Origin: Patescibacteria group bacterium
Lineage (GTDB): Bacteria > Patescibacteriota > Patescibacteriia > JBHPGJ01
NCBI GenBank assembly: GCA_042570545.1
Contig: JBHPGJ010000004.1
Span: 2,223 to 66,222, forward strand
Length of the DNA: 64,000 bases
Reading direction: 5' to 3'
The notes beneath the pieces were generated by a model. The model was not told the origin of the DNA and did no database searches. It saw only the letters and a program-made list of their open reading frames with translations. Positions 35,885 to 45,327 of this stretch are shown piece by piece; the stretch's first letter is position 1; the number at the start of each line of letters is the position of its first letter. Position numbers and translations under genes: made by a program.

Positions 35885-35917
35885 AAAAAACACTTCATAT
35901 TTGAGGAAGTGTTTTTT
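35885..35917. terminator. bidirectional rho-independent terminator
   Basis: The AAAAACACTTC ... GAAGTGTTTTTT hairpin lies between the convergent 33634 gene and rplL. Confidence 0.55.
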
Positions 35918-35927
35918 GATTTAAGTG

Positions 35928-36368
35928 TTATTTTAAGATTACTTGGCCACCGGCTTCTTCCAGTTTTTTCTTCATACTTTCAGCATCCTCTTTATTGGCA
36001 CCTTCGACAACAACCTTTGGGGCTGAGTCGACAAGATCCTTGGCTTCCTTTAGACCTTTTTCTGTAATTTCACGGATCACTTTAATTACCGAAATTTTAT
36101 TTGCTCCAGCATCGGTCAACTCTATGTCAAAAGAATCCTTCTCCTCGGTAGCTTCACCACCGGCCTCTCCCCCAGCTACAGCGGCTACTACCGGCGCAGC
36201 TGCGGTAACACCAAACTTATCTTCCAGTATCTTTACTAATTCAGACAAATCCAGCACAGACATTTTTTCTATTTCAGAAACAATTGATTTAAATTTTTCT
36301 GGTACTTTTATATCAACTGATTTTTTATCTTCCTTTTCGTCAGTCGATTCATTATTATCTTCGGTCAT
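35928..36368 (-). CDS. rplL: 50S ribosomal protein L7/L12
   Basis: 146 aa with an Ala/Gly-rich hinge and the C-terminal domain [24 protein letters not shown]...GGQVILK. Confidence 0.95.
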   Translation of the reverse strand: MTEDNNESTDEKEDKKSVDIKVPEKFKSIVSEIEKMSVLDLSELVKILEDKFGVTAAAPVVAAVAGGEAGGEATEEKDSFDIELTDAGANKISVIKVIREITEKGLKEAKDLVDSAPKVVVEGANKEDAESMKKKLEEAGGQVILK

Positions 36369-36387
36369 TTATTTCTCCTTCAAAATG

Positions 36388-36915
36388 TTAATTAGTTTTA
36401 TTATGTATCGCTTTAAGTGCATAAAGTAAATTTCGCATTGTGCCGCTCAGCACGTTAGCCAGTCCGCTTATTGGGGCCTTGATGGTCCAGATAGTCTTGA
36501 TTAGCATATCACTAGCTGAGGGCAGCAGTGCTAATTCGTTAACCTTATCTGTGTTAATAAACTTACCGTTCATAACACCACCGAATAATTCAACTTTTTC
36601 TTCATTAGCTTTAGAAAACTCATGTAATAGTCTAGCCGGAGCCACTTCGTCATTATAGCCAAAGGCCACAGCAATGGTACCGGTGTAATCGTCTAATGGA
36701 ACATCCTCAATCTTTGCCTTCTCCAAGGCTAGTTTTAAAAGTCTTTTTTTTACAACCATTAGATCCACTTTTTCTGCCCGCATTTGGCGACGCAGGGTCA
36801 GCGATTCATTTACCCCAATATCATTTATTGATGAGATTACCATGGTCTTCACTCGCTCAATCTTATTGACGATTGAATCAATTTCTTCTTCTTTTTGTTG
36901 TCTTGTCTTAGCCAT
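36388..36915 (-). CDS. rplJ: 50S ribosomal protein L10
   Basis: A start at MAKTRQQKEEEI (ATG RC at 36913-36915) matches the L10 N-terminus. The ORF-track start at 36951 would sit inside the leader stem. Confidence 0.9.
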   Translation of the reverse strand: MAKTRQQKEEEIDSIVNKIERVKTMVISSINDIGVNESLTLRRQMRAEKVDLMVVKKRLLKLALEKAKIEDVPLDDYTGTIAVAFGYNDEVAPARLLHEFSKANEEKVELFGGVMNGKFINTDKVNELALLPSASDMLIKTIWTIKAPISGLANVLSGTMRNLLYALKAIHNKTN

Positions 36916-36951
36916 AAAAAAATGACGTTTAGATAACGCCACAGATAACAA

Positions 36952-37045
36952 TTATTTAGTGTTGCCTTGGCAAGGTGGATTATTATATCCTTTGTCGGAC
37001 CCTCGCTGTCTGTGGCGAAAATTTGTGTGCTTATGAGACTACATC
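36952..37045 (-). promoter_or_regulatory. structured rplJ 5' leader (candidate L10-leader autoregulatory element)
   Basis: On the minus strand a long-range stem CGCCACAGACA ... TGTCTGTGGCG encloses about 65 nt directly upstream of the rplJ start, with TTGACA further upstream. Confidence 0.4.
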
Positions 37046-37075
37046 AGTATGAAATATATGTCAAGCACTAAGTTA

Positions 37076-37759
37076 TTATCTAATAGTAGTACCCTCAAAT
37101 TTATCTTTTTCTAGGATGATTTTCTTCAAATTATTTAGGTTCTTACCTCGACAAATAATTACTTCAATACGTTTCTTTTTAGCATATCTGGCCGCTGTCG
37201 GATCAAATGGCCAGCTACCCCGGGGCTTGTAGGGCCCTACTTGCTTAATATATTCCTTCCATTGCATATTTTTTATCGGTTTTGCTTTGGGGTATTTATC
37301 AGGATCGGCTGTGTAAACATACTTAATATCAGAACAGTTTATCACTTTATGACATTTCAGTTTGCTGGCCGCTAATACTGCATCATAGTCGCTTGAACAA
37401 CCTGGCCGCCAGCCACCGCCTATCGTTATTGGTTTTTTACCAATAGTTAAACGACTGTAATCATAGATGATTGAACTATTAGCATCAGCACCAAAAAACT
37501 CCTTAAGTAAACTGGCATTTAACCACGTGCTATGAATACCAATCCAATCAAGTGATTTATCTGATCTAATGTTCAATTTATTCGCTGCCCTTACGTACTT
37601 TCTATTAACTTCTCCGCCTCCACAAATTATCACAAATTTATAACCATGTTTGATTAGATCCCTAATTAGGGTACGAAATTTTTTTAAAAAAGTGACATCA
37701 ATATCATTGGGAATAATCAATGAGCCACCCAAAGATAAAACTACAGTTTTATTCTTCAT
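37076..37759 (-). CDS. pyrH: amino-acid-kinase-fold protein, archaeal-type UMP kinase-like
   Basis: 227 aa with VVLSLGGSLI and VIICGGGEVNRKYV (the GGG..R.Y motif of archaeal UMPK). Confidence 0.55.
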   Translation of the reverse strand: MKNKTVVLSLGGSLIIPNDIDVTFLKKFRTLIRDLIKHGYKFVIICGGGEVNRKYVRAANKLNIRSDKSLDWIGIHSTWLNASLLKEFFGADANSSIIYDYSRLTIGKKPITIGGGWRPGCSSDYDAVLAASKLKCHKVINCSDIKYVYTADPDKYPKAKPIKNMQWKEYIKQVGPYKPRGSWPFDPTAARYAKKKRIEVIICRGKNLNNLKKIILEKDKFEGTTIR

Positions 37760-38778
37760 AAGTATTTACTCTTATTCTCTTTGTGTTCTTCGAAGTTCTT
37801 ACTAAATACGGTCGTACCGTCCGGCTTAGTCAGGAAATACCAATAATTATTTGATTCCGGATATATAGCTGCCCGGATCGATGACAGCGATGGATTGGTA
37901 ATGGGTCCGGGCGGCAGGCCACGATATAAATAAGTGTTATATGGAGAATCTACCTCAAGATCATCAGCTGAAGCAGCTGGAGTAGATTTTCCGGTGATAT
38001 AGTTGACCGTTGAGTCTGCTTCCAGGGCGATGCCCGCTTCTAACCGTCGCCAAAAAATATCAGCAGCAATTTCTCTATCTCGATCAGTTCTCACCTCCTT
38101 CTCGATGATTGAGGCCATAATTAAAATCTCATAAAAACTATTACCACTTGCCTCAATGTCAGCCATCACATCTTCACTTATTTTATCATGTAGCGCATCA
38201 AGCTGTCGCTGAATAATACTGGCAGCCGAAGAGTCTTTAAATATACGATAAGTATCAGGAAACAAATACCCTTCCAAATTAGCACTAGCTGGTTTACTGC
38301 CTAGTAGAGTATATTCTTTACCTGGTATAAGATCTCTCGAATCACTTGTATTAACCGCTGCTAAAAATTCTTCAGCCGACATAATTCCTTGCTCGGATAA
38401 ATAGGTCGCGATTTCATTACTATTCCAGCCTTCTATAAATTTAACTACCCGCTCATTGGAAATCGTCTGACCACCGGACAATACATTTACAATTTGTTGA
38501 ACGCTCATATTGCGCTGCAAATTAAAATTACCAGCCTGTAGTTCACTACTTGCTCCTTCTAACCAGACATATGTTTCAAAAACAAAAGTTGATTCAATAA
38601 AATCCTCATCTAACAACTCAGTTGCTATTCTTTTCACTCCCCAACCCTGCTCAACGATAAAGTCTACGGCCGTATTATCATTTCCATGAGGTTTGGTTAC
38701 AGACCGGATTGCCAACCAGAAAAAAACAGCAATTAGCAATATGATTATGAGAATAATGAGTAATTTATTTCGAGACAT
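37756..38778 (-). CDS. mltG: endolytic murein transglycosylase MltG (YceG family)
   Basis: 340 aa with an N-terminal TM and the signature EGYLFPDTYRI. Confidence 0.85.
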   Translation of the reverse strand: MSRNKLLIILIIILLIAVFFWLAIRSVTKPHGNDNTAVDFIVEQGWGVKRIATELLDEDFIESTFVFETYVWLEGASSELQAGNFNLQRNMSVQQIVNVLSGGQTISNERVVKFIEGWNSNEIATYLSEQGIMSAEEFLAAVNTSDSRDLIPGKEYTLLGSKPASANLEGYLFPDTYRIFKDSSAASIIQRQLDALHDKISEDVMADIEASGNSFYEILIMASIIEKEVRTDRDREIAADIFWRRLEAGIALEADSTVNYITGKSTPAASADDLEVDSPYNTYLYRGLPPGPITNPSLSSIRAAIYPESNNYWYFLTKPDGTTVFSKNFEEHKENKSKYL

Positions 38779-38780
38779 CT

Positions 38781-39863
38781 TTATAAATATTTATATTGCT
38801 TTCTTTGTTCTAATTCTTCAACTATTTTTTTCACATCACCCGAATATTCTTTTGAACAGATTAATAGCGCGTCACCGGTATCGACAATTACCACTCCGGA
38901 AAGCCCAACAACTCCAGTCATTCTTTTAGTATCACCGTAAACTAAACTATCTGATACGTTCTTTAGTATAACATTATTGGTAGTAATATTTTTATTGCCT
39001 GGTTTTAATATGTTTTTTACCAGGTACCACTTACCGGTATCACTCCAACCATATGATCCCGCACAAACAGCAATATTTTTTTCTTTACCAATTATTGCTT
39101 TTTCAATACTTATCGCCGGCATTGTCCGATAAAGCCTGCCAATAGTTTGTGAATAGTTTTTATGATCATAAGAAAGCTGGATTTTAAGAAGTTTATTGTA
39201 AATCGTTGGTTGGTGTTTTTCAAAAAGCGATAATATGGTTGATGTTTTCCATATATATAAACCAGTATGGGCAAACACGTTGTTTTGTTTTAGCAATTTC
39301 TTAATACGAAATAATTTAGGTTTTTCTATCCAGCGGTGGGTATTGAATATGGTTTGTCTTCCAAATTTACCTAAAGCCTTACCCAGTTCTATATAACTCA
39401 GACCGGTATCGGGTACTTTTAAATTTGAAGCTAAAGTGACTATCCTAAAAGGCTGTTTTTCAATATATCTTTCCGCTGCTTTTAGGGCACTTCTAAAGCC
39501 ACTAACATTGGTAAAAACATCATCCACCGTCAGGCTGGCAATCACCGGATCTATCGATCCGGTGGCCGCTTGAATAATAACCGATTCTAGTCCAATAGCT
39601 GGTCCGGTGTTTCTGCCGATGGGTTCGGCAATAATATTTTTCTTAGGAACTTTCGGGACCAATTTTTTCACGGTGGCAATAAATGGCTCGGTTACTGAGA
39701 TATAAATATCATTCCAACCATTAACTGCTGGTCGAATTTCATTTATTTTTTCTTCCAGCAAAGATCGCTTACCTAATAAAGGAAGAAATTGTTTTGGCGA
39801 CTGGCGCCGTGATAGAGGCCAAAGCCTGGTGCCGCTTCCTCCAGCACGAATAACTATTTTCAT
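38781..39863 (-). CDS. mannose-1-phosphate guanylyltransferase (nucleotidyltransferase)
   Basis: 360 aa with the N-terminus MKIVIRAGGSGTRLWPLSRRQSPKQF (sugar nucleotidyltransferase G-loop). Confidence 0.75.
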   Translation of the reverse strand: MKIVIRAGGSGTRLWPLSRRQSPKQFLPLLGKRSLLEEKINEIRPAVNGWNDIYISVTEPFIATVKKLVPKVPKKNIIAEPIGRNTGPAIGLESVIIQAATGSIDPVIASLTVDDVFTNVSGFRSALKAAERYIEKQPFRIVTLASNLKVPDTGLSYIELGKALGKFGRQTIFNTHRWIEKPKLFRIKKLLKQNNVFAHTGLYIWKTSTILSLFEKHQPTIYNKLLKIQLSYDHKNYSQTIGRLYRTMPAISIEKAIIGKEKNIAVCAGSYGWSDTGKWYLVKNILKPGNKNITTNNVILKNVSDSLVYGDTKRMTGVVGLSGVVIVDTGDALLICSKEYSGDVKKIVEELEQRKQYKYL

Positions 39864-39991
39864 GATAATCCAGTTAATAAATTATTGGCATTCGTACTAC
39901 CAAAGCTAGTATTTAAAATATTTTTCGTCCTGTTTATAAGGACGGTCGAGTATAGTCTAATCACATTATTTAGTAATATCATAACTGAAAA

Positions 39992-40525
39992 TCATAGTTT
40001 ATGTTTTAGTCTTGCAAATTTAAGAACGGCGTATCCGACTTCTCCACCAATAAATTTATTATTCCATGCCATGGCTATGGCTTTTTTTATTGGTACCCAC
40101 AGAAGTTTAATGTCTTCATCAAAATCGGGTTTTGCTAAGCCGGCCTTGTAATCCAAAGTATAATAATAATACCGATCCCAACGTGAGGTTCCCCCGCTAT
40201 TAGCAACAAATAATTCTGTCAACTTGACTGGTCTTAGTCCAGTTTCTTCTTCCAGTTCTCTACCGGCTGCTTGTCGCGGTGATTCTCCTATATTGCGAAG
40301 TCCACCTGGTAATTTGTAGGCATAGTCTCGCCTGCCAGTCCTATATTCCTGGTTAATTAACAATCGCCATTTCTTATCAATAACTAAAACTGCTGCTGAG
40401 TCATTTTTTTCAATAACTTCATGCCATATAGTTCTACCGTTTGTTAACCGTACACTTTCCTCGCGGACAGTATATATTTTGCCTTTATATGAAATCTTTG
40501 AAGCGAGTATTTTGGGGGTAACCAT
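39992..40525 (-). CDS. Nudix hydrolase
   Basis: 177 aa with a canonical Nudix box GGLRNIGESPRQAAGRELEEETGL. Confidence 0.8.
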   Translation of the reverse strand: MVTPKILASKISYKGKIYTVREESVRLTNGRTIWHEVIEKNDSAAVLVIDKKWRLLINQEYRTGRRDYAYKLPGGLRNIGESPRQAAGRELEEETGLRPVKLTELFVANSGGTSRWDRYYYYTLDYKAGLAKPDFDEDIKLLWVPIKKAIAMAWNNKFIGGEVGYAVLKFARLKHKL

Positions 40526-40533
40526 GTGATACT

Positions 40534-41211
40534 CTATTTTACCAAAGGTACGAATTGAAAGCCAGGTATCCTTTCCTCAATCAATTTACCTGATCTTTTT
40601 TTCAGTAAAACAACGTCTTGCAATGACTCGTCTCCTAGAAGAATATTCAGTTTTCTTCGATGAGATCTTATATCATTATCAATATTATGACCTACCGGCA
40701 ACACCATTCTCCCGTTATCAGCTAATTGATCAATTAATTTTGAAGGAATCTCTTTTACTGCTGCAGCTACGTGAATATTATTAAATGGGGCCAGAGCCGG
40801 CAATCCCTGGTAACCATCTCCGTGTATTAATTTTATGTTTTTTAATTTAATCTTTCTAATATTAGCCTGGGCCAAAGTTACTAATTCCTCGATTCGTTCT
40901 AAACCAAACACTTGGCCTTGTTGACCCACACAAACTGACAATAAGGCCGCTGACCAGCCCGAACCAGAACCAATATCAAGTACTTTGTCCCCGGCTTGAG
41001 GTTGAAGCAGCTCAATCATGATGGCGACGGTAGTCGGCTGAGAAATTGTTGCTTCATGGCCAATGCTTAGCGGTGCGTCAATATCGGCTTGGTGTCGATC
41101 TTCGGGCAATACAAAATCACTCCGATCAATTTTATGAAAAGCCGCAATTATTGAGTCTGTTTTCAGTACTCCATTTGCTACTAAATCATTTATTAGTTGA
41201 CTATATGACAT
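40534..41211 (-). CDS. pcm: protein-L-isoaspartate O-methyltransferase
   Basis: 225 aa with TISQPTTVAIMIELL and the SAM motif VLDIGSGSGW. Confidence 0.9.
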   Translation of the reverse strand: MSYSQLINDLVANGVLKTDSIIAAFHKIDRSDFVLPEDRHQADIDAPLSIGHEATISQPTTVAIMIELLQPQAGDKVLDIGSGSGWSAALLSVCVGQQGQVFGLERIEELVTLAQANIRKIKLKNIKLIHGDGYQGLPALAPFNNIHVAAAVKEIPSKLIDQLADNGRMVLPVGHNIDNDIRSHRRKLNILLGDESLQDVVLLKKRSGKLIEERIPGFQFVPLVK

Positions 41212-41267
41212 CTAATTGGTAAATAGTATGTTACCAGTATATCAATTTTCAAGTTTATCGCTAATAT

Positions 41268-41888
41268 ATGGAAGCTGATAAAACATCATCAATAAAACCA
41301 AAAAACTGGCGTCGGTGGCTAGGTATTTCACTTATGACCATAGGTGCGGCTATCATTATATATCCCCTCTGGCCAGTAATCCGGTATGAGATATTACGCC
41401 CTGAGCCCAGCTTTCCCTACGCTACAAAATTGAGTGCTAATCCTGAATTATTTCATCTACCAGAAATTAATACTAAATCAGAATTTATCCCCCAGGACAA
41501 CCGACTTGTCGTTCCTAAAATTGGCGTTGATATACCCATAACTGAAGGAGCTGATGAAAATGCTTTATATCGTGGCGCTTGGCGTATCCCCTATACATCA
41601 AATCCGATTGATGGTGGTAACACTGTTTTATCAGCTCATCGATTTCAATATACCGCTGGTCCGATGACCTTTTTTCTATTACCTAAATTAGAACCAGACG
41701 ATACTTTTATTGTCTATTGGCAAGGCCAAGAATACGATTATCAAGTTACTGATAAAAAAGTTGTTCATCGAAGTGAAGTAAGCGTATTAAACAACACCGA
41801 AAGCCCGCAAGTGACCCTCTTTACCTGCACCCCGGTTTATCAAAGAAATTCGGAGTGGCGCTTAGTTATTATTGGCGAGCCCATATAA
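41268..41888 (+). CDS. sortase-family transpeptidase
   Basis: 206 aa with an N-terminal TM, a catalytic His region (LSAHRFQY) and the TLFTCTP cysteine motif. Confidence 0.65.
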   Translation: MEADKTSSIKPKNWRRWLGISLMTIGAAIIIYPLWPVIRYEILRPEPSFPYATKLSANPELFHLPEINTKSEFIPQDNRLVVPKIGVDIPITEGADENALYRGAWRIPYTSNPIDGGNTVLSAHRFQYTAGPMTFFLLPKLEPDDTFIVYWQGQEYDYQVTDKKVVHRSEVSVLNNTESPQVTLFTCTPVYQRNSEWRLVIIGEPI

Positions 41889-41924
41889 AAAAACTCTAAG
41901 TTATATGGATTTTCATCAATGGGA

Positions 41925-41953
41925 TTGACAAAATCGCAATTTTGTAGTACAAT
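41925..41953 (+). promoter_or_regulatory. sigma70-like promoter TTGACA-N17-TACAAT upstream of the CAP-domain gene
   Basis: TTGACA at 41925-41930 and TACAAT at 41948-41953. The ATG is at 41974. Confidence 0.4.
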
Positions 41954-41973
41954 TTCGTGTTAATATTGAAACT

Positions 41974-43404
41974 ATGAAATCTAGCAGCAACAAAAAAAGA
42001 AGACTCCATCATCGGGCGAAAAAGCACCTGCACCATTTTTTTATTCCTCATGAGGGCAATAATTATCACCCGCACTCTATACGCCGACCATCATTACGAA
42101 TATACAGTGCAATTTTAATTTTTAGTAAAATATTTTTAGCTGTATTTTTATTTCTTCTTTACCCATCACCTGCCCAATTCTCCAGTCTCAGCACCTCGAA
42201 CATTGTATCACTTACTAACAGTTCACGAGCTGAAGCAAATTTGGGTGCGCTGTCCGTAAGCTCCCAGCTAACCTCAGCCGCCGAGGCCAAAGCTAATGAT
42301 ATGCTGGCCAGAGACTATTTTGCCCACACCACACCTGACGGCAAACCCTTCTACAAGTGGGTACAAGAGGCGGGATATAGTTATTCCTTATCCGGTGAGA
42401 ATTTAGCTTTAGATTTTTCCAGCGCCGAATCCGCTCATAATGCATTAATGGCTTCTACTTCTCATCGCGACAACATTCTTAATCCAAAATTTAAAAACAT
42501 CGGTTTAGCCGTAGTCAGCGGTGATTTCAATGGTCGTGATACTTTTGTTTTAGTTGAGTTGTTCGGTAATCCTTATCAAGAGCCGGTACCAGAACCAGAG
42601 CCTGAGCCGGTACCAGAACCAGAGCCTGAGCCGGTACCGACCGAAATAACCCAGGTACCAGAGGCCCCACAGCTAGCAGCTAAGTTCGTATCCCAATCGG
42701 ATGACAGTATTGATGTTATCTTGGGACAAGAAGCAGCCTTCGTTATCAATTATCAAAACGTTGGTGAATTAGAATGGACCAACGACGGTGAAAAAAGAAT
42801 TGATGTGAACCTGGCTGATCCCGCTGATCGAACAAGTCTATTTATCCATCAGGATTGGCTAAATGCCAGTCAGCCTACTTCACTAATTGAAGAATCTGTA
42901 GTAACTGATGATACTGGCACCTTCCGTCTCCCATTACAGGCCCCGGAAATTCTAGGTACTTTTTCTGAATCTTTCAGTCTGGTAGACAATAGTAAAAGTC
43001 AAATTGAAGGTGGACAATTTACTATTCCGGTGAGAGTACATAATCCCATCTTAACCATTACCAGAAGCTTGGCTTCAACGGTGGAATTTCAAAATGAACC
43101 GGTACTACTATATTCAGCCGAGGAGCTTAATCGTTTGCTAAGTACAAATTCTGAATTACAGACCGGTCAAGTGCTAGCCAGTGAAGATAGTCCACAACAA
43201 GCAATAAATATTGCAAACACAATCTTCTGGGCAATATTTATATTCCTAGTAATTGTTCTGGTATTTAACTTACTTGTCGAAGTTAGGGTACAACACTCAC
43301 ACGCTATCTTCCATACTGTTTTGGTGCTAATAATGGCCGGTTTGATGTTAGCCGTTAAATTACACTTCGTCGAAAACCTACCAACAATGATGCAAATAGT
43401 ATAA
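41974..43404 (+). CDS. membrane-anchored CAP/SCP (PR-1-like, YkwD-type) domain protein with a PEPEPEPV linker and a C-terminal TM
   Basis: 476 aa with the CAP motifs HTTPDGK...GENLA...HRDNILNPKFKNIGLAV, then (PEPEPEPV)x2, then an ectodomain and a C-terminal hydrophobic helix. Confidence 0.65.
   Translation: MKSSSNKKRRLHHRAKKHLHHFFIPHEGNNYHPHSIRRPSLRIYSAILIFSKIFLAVFLFLLYPSPAQFSSLSTSNIVSLTNSSRAEANLGALSVSSQLTSAAEAKANDMLARDYFAHTTPDGKPFYKWVQEAGYSYSLSGENLALDFSSAESAHNALMASTSHRDNILNPKFKNIGLAVVSGDFNGRDTFVLVELFGNPYQEPVPEPEPEPVPEPEPEPVPTEITQVPEAPQLAAKFVSQSDDSIDVILGQEAAFVINYQNVGELEWTNDGEKRIDVNLADPADRTSLFIHQDWLNASQPTSLIEESVVTDDTGTFRLPLQAPEILGTFSESFSLVDNSKSQIEGGQFTIPVRVHNPILTITRSLASTVEFQNEPVLLYSAEELNRLLSTNSELQTGQVLASEDSPQQAINIANTIFWAIFIFLVIVLVFNLLVEVRVQHSHAIFHTVLVLIMAGLMLAVKLHFVENLPTMMQIV
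42581..42639 (+). repeat. 24-bp tandem repeat x2.4 encoding PEPEPEPV
   Basis: agccggtaccagaaccagagcctg is repeated at 42581 and 42605, with a partial third copy. Confidence 0.85.
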
Positions 43405-43407
43405 GTT

Positions 43408-43425
43408 TGACAACCCGGGTTGTCA
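43408..43425. promoter_or_regulatory. perfect 18-bp palindrome TGACAACCCGGGTTGTCA (terminator hairpin and/or operator overlapping a -35-like TTGACA)
   Basis: It starts 4 nt after the stop of the upstream gene. TATATT/TATTAT -10-like hexamers lie 15-17 nt downstream, and the next ATG is at 43472. Confidence 0.4.
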
Positions 43426-43471
43426 GCTATATTATTTAGATACTCTCAATATTAACAATTATCTTTAAAAT

Positions 43472-44473
43472 ATGAATAAACTCAAACTGGCTGGAGGGGC
43501 CATCATGCTTTTCCTTAGTGTTTTCGTATTAACCCAACCAGCAAAGGCAGCAGTATCCTATGACCTAAGTCCTACCTCGGCTGAAATAAAAGCTGGAGAA
43601 TCGATTCAGTTTAATGTTATTAAGACATCGGCTGAGATAGAAACCAACGTAACTGATCTGGCTAAATTTGATGAAAACGATCCGATTGGAAACATGACCA
43701 GCAATAAATACAATGCTGGTCAAGCTGGCAATTGGACGATAACTGTCAAAATTGATGACCAAGTTTTAAAAGCAAAAATTAGTGTTTCTGTCGGTGAGGC
43801 AGCTAGGATAAAGATAAGCCCTTCGGCCGAAACCACCGATATAACAATTGGTCAAACACAGCAGTATGAAGCTGAAGCTTTCGATAAATTTAATAATAAA
43901 TTAGATAGCGATCAGATAAAGTGGTCTGGCGCTTATAGCTTGGGTACGATCGATGACAACGGATTGTTTACGGCTCAGCGTCCAGGCAGTAGCCAAATAA
44001 TTGCTACCGCTGATCAAATAATTGCCGTGGCACCCATTACCGTCGTCAGAATAATACCAGTAGAGGGTGAAAATACTAATGGTCAGGATTCAGCTGATAC
44101 AAATACTAATGAAGAATCAGCCATCGAAACAGACGTTACCGAAGAAAGTGCAGAACAATCTGAAGTTCTGGCGACTTCTGAGGAAACCAAGATAGACAGT
44201 AATTGCTCATCTATGCCCTGGTGGGCCTGGTTACTATCAAGTATCGGCTTCTTAGCTATAATTCATATCTATCATTACTTTATAAGAAAAAATAAAGCCA
44301 ATAATCTATTAATTGTTACGTTAGTCGCCGTGGTAGCCGCTGTTTGGCTGTATTACGCTTTCCGCTGTGGTGGTGAATATCCATGGGTAGTCTGGCTAAT
44401 TATTATCGGCTCATTGGTCATTACTCTATTGCGACCCAGATCATTTGAGGCTCAGTACGGCGAAGACCTGTAA
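43472..44473 (+). CDS. secreted Ig-like (Big_2-type) domain protein with an acidic linker and a C-terminal membrane anchor
   Basis: 333 aa with a signal peptide MNKLKLAGGAIMLFLSVFVLTQPAKA, two beta-sandwich-like segments and a C-terminal TM (WWAWLLSSIGFLAIIHIY). Confidence 0.5.
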   Translation: MNKLKLAGGAIMLFLSVFVLTQPAKAAVSYDLSPTSAEIKAGESIQFNVIKTSAEIETNVTDLAKFDENDPIGNMTSNKYNAGQAGNWTITVKIDDQVLKAKISVSVGEAARIKISPSAETTDITIGQTQQYEAEAFDKFNNKLDSDQIKWSGAYSLGTIDDNGLFTAQRPGSSQIIATADQIIAVAPITVVRIIPVEGENTNGQDSADTNTNEESAIETDVTEESAEQSEVLATSEETKIDSNCSSMPWWAWLLSSIGFLAIIHIYHYFIRKNKANNLLIVTLVAVVAAVWLYYAFRCGGEYPWVVWLIIIGSLVITLLRPRSFEAQYGEDL

Positions 44474-44484
44474 ATCTCATTATA

Positions 44485-44510
44485 AAACCCCCGCTAAGAC
44501 GGGGGTTTTT
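44485..44510. terminator. bidirectional rho-independent terminator
   Basis: The AAAACCCCCG-ctaaga-CGGGGGTTTTT hairpin lies between the convergent 43472 gene and uppP. Confidence 0.7.
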
Positions 44511-44512
44511 GG

Positions 44513-45313
44513 TTAGGTAAAAAACAATAATAAAATAATTCCCAGGATTATTCGATACCAAGCAAATAGATATAGTTTATGATTGGTTAAATATTTTAAC
44601 AGCCAGGCAATGGCTATCCAGCCAAATATAAAAGCGGTGGCTATGCCTATCATCCACACTGAAATATCTTCACTGTTCAAATTAAGAGCGGATAAATCCA
44701 CAAACTTTTTCAAACCAGCTCCGAAAATTACCGGCAAAGCAAGCAGAAAAGAAAATCTGGCAGCGGTAGCCCGTGATAAACTTAATCCCATTCCGGCAAT
44801 TATGGTTATGCCCGAACGCGATGTACCCGGTATCAAAGCTATTGCTTGAGCCAAACCAATTATAATACTATCTAGCCATTTTATATCTGTCAGTTGTCTT
44901 TGCCCCTTGGCCCATTTCTCAATGCCTAACATTAATAGCCCTATAATTATCAACATGACAGCGACTGGGGAAACTGTACGAAACGCACTATCAATTACTT
45001 CTTCATAGAAAAATCCAATTAACGTAGCTGGTATGGTACCCAACAATAGCAACCAGGCCAAGTATTTTGGATAATCTTTATTTTCACGATTGCCATTAAC
45101 AAATGATCTTAAAATATTAAGCAAGTCTTTTCTAAAATAAACCAGCAGAGCAAACAAGGTGCCAATATGTAGCGACACATCAAAGCTAAGAGACGTTTCT
45201 CCGTTAACTGAAAATAATTCATGTAATACTACTAAATGTCCAGAACTAGATACGGGAACAAATTCTGTTATCCCCTGTACAACACCGAAAATAATTGCTT
45301 CAATTATATTCAT
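44513..45313 (-). CDS. uppP: undecaprenyl-diphosphatase
   Basis: 266 aa with the BacA signatures GITEFVPVSSSGHL and PGTSRSG. Confidence 0.92.
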   Translation of the reverse strand: MNIIEAIIFGVVQGITEFVPVSSSGHLVVLHELFSVNGETSLSFDVSLHIGTLFALLVYFRKDLLNILRSFVNGNRENKDYPKYLAWLLLLGTIPATLIGFFYEEVIDSAFRTVSPVAVMLIIIGLLMLGIEKWAKGQRQLTDIKWLDSIIIGLAQAIALIPGTSRSGITIIAGMGLSLSRATAARFSFLLALPVIFGAGLKKFVDLSALNLNSEDISVWMIGIATAFIFGWIAIAWLLKYLTNHKLYLFAWYRIILGIILLLFFT

Positions 45314-45327
45314 AAAGTAAATCAGTT

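Noticed and set aside
35995-36429. 144-aa plus-strand ORF antisense to rplL
   Set aside because: Ala/Ser-rich antisense translation of the L7/L12 gene.
36916-36951. Upstream ATG start for rplJ (MLSVALSKRHFF…)
   Set aside because: Those codons form the 3' strand of the leader's closing stem, and L10 orthologs begin at MAKT…
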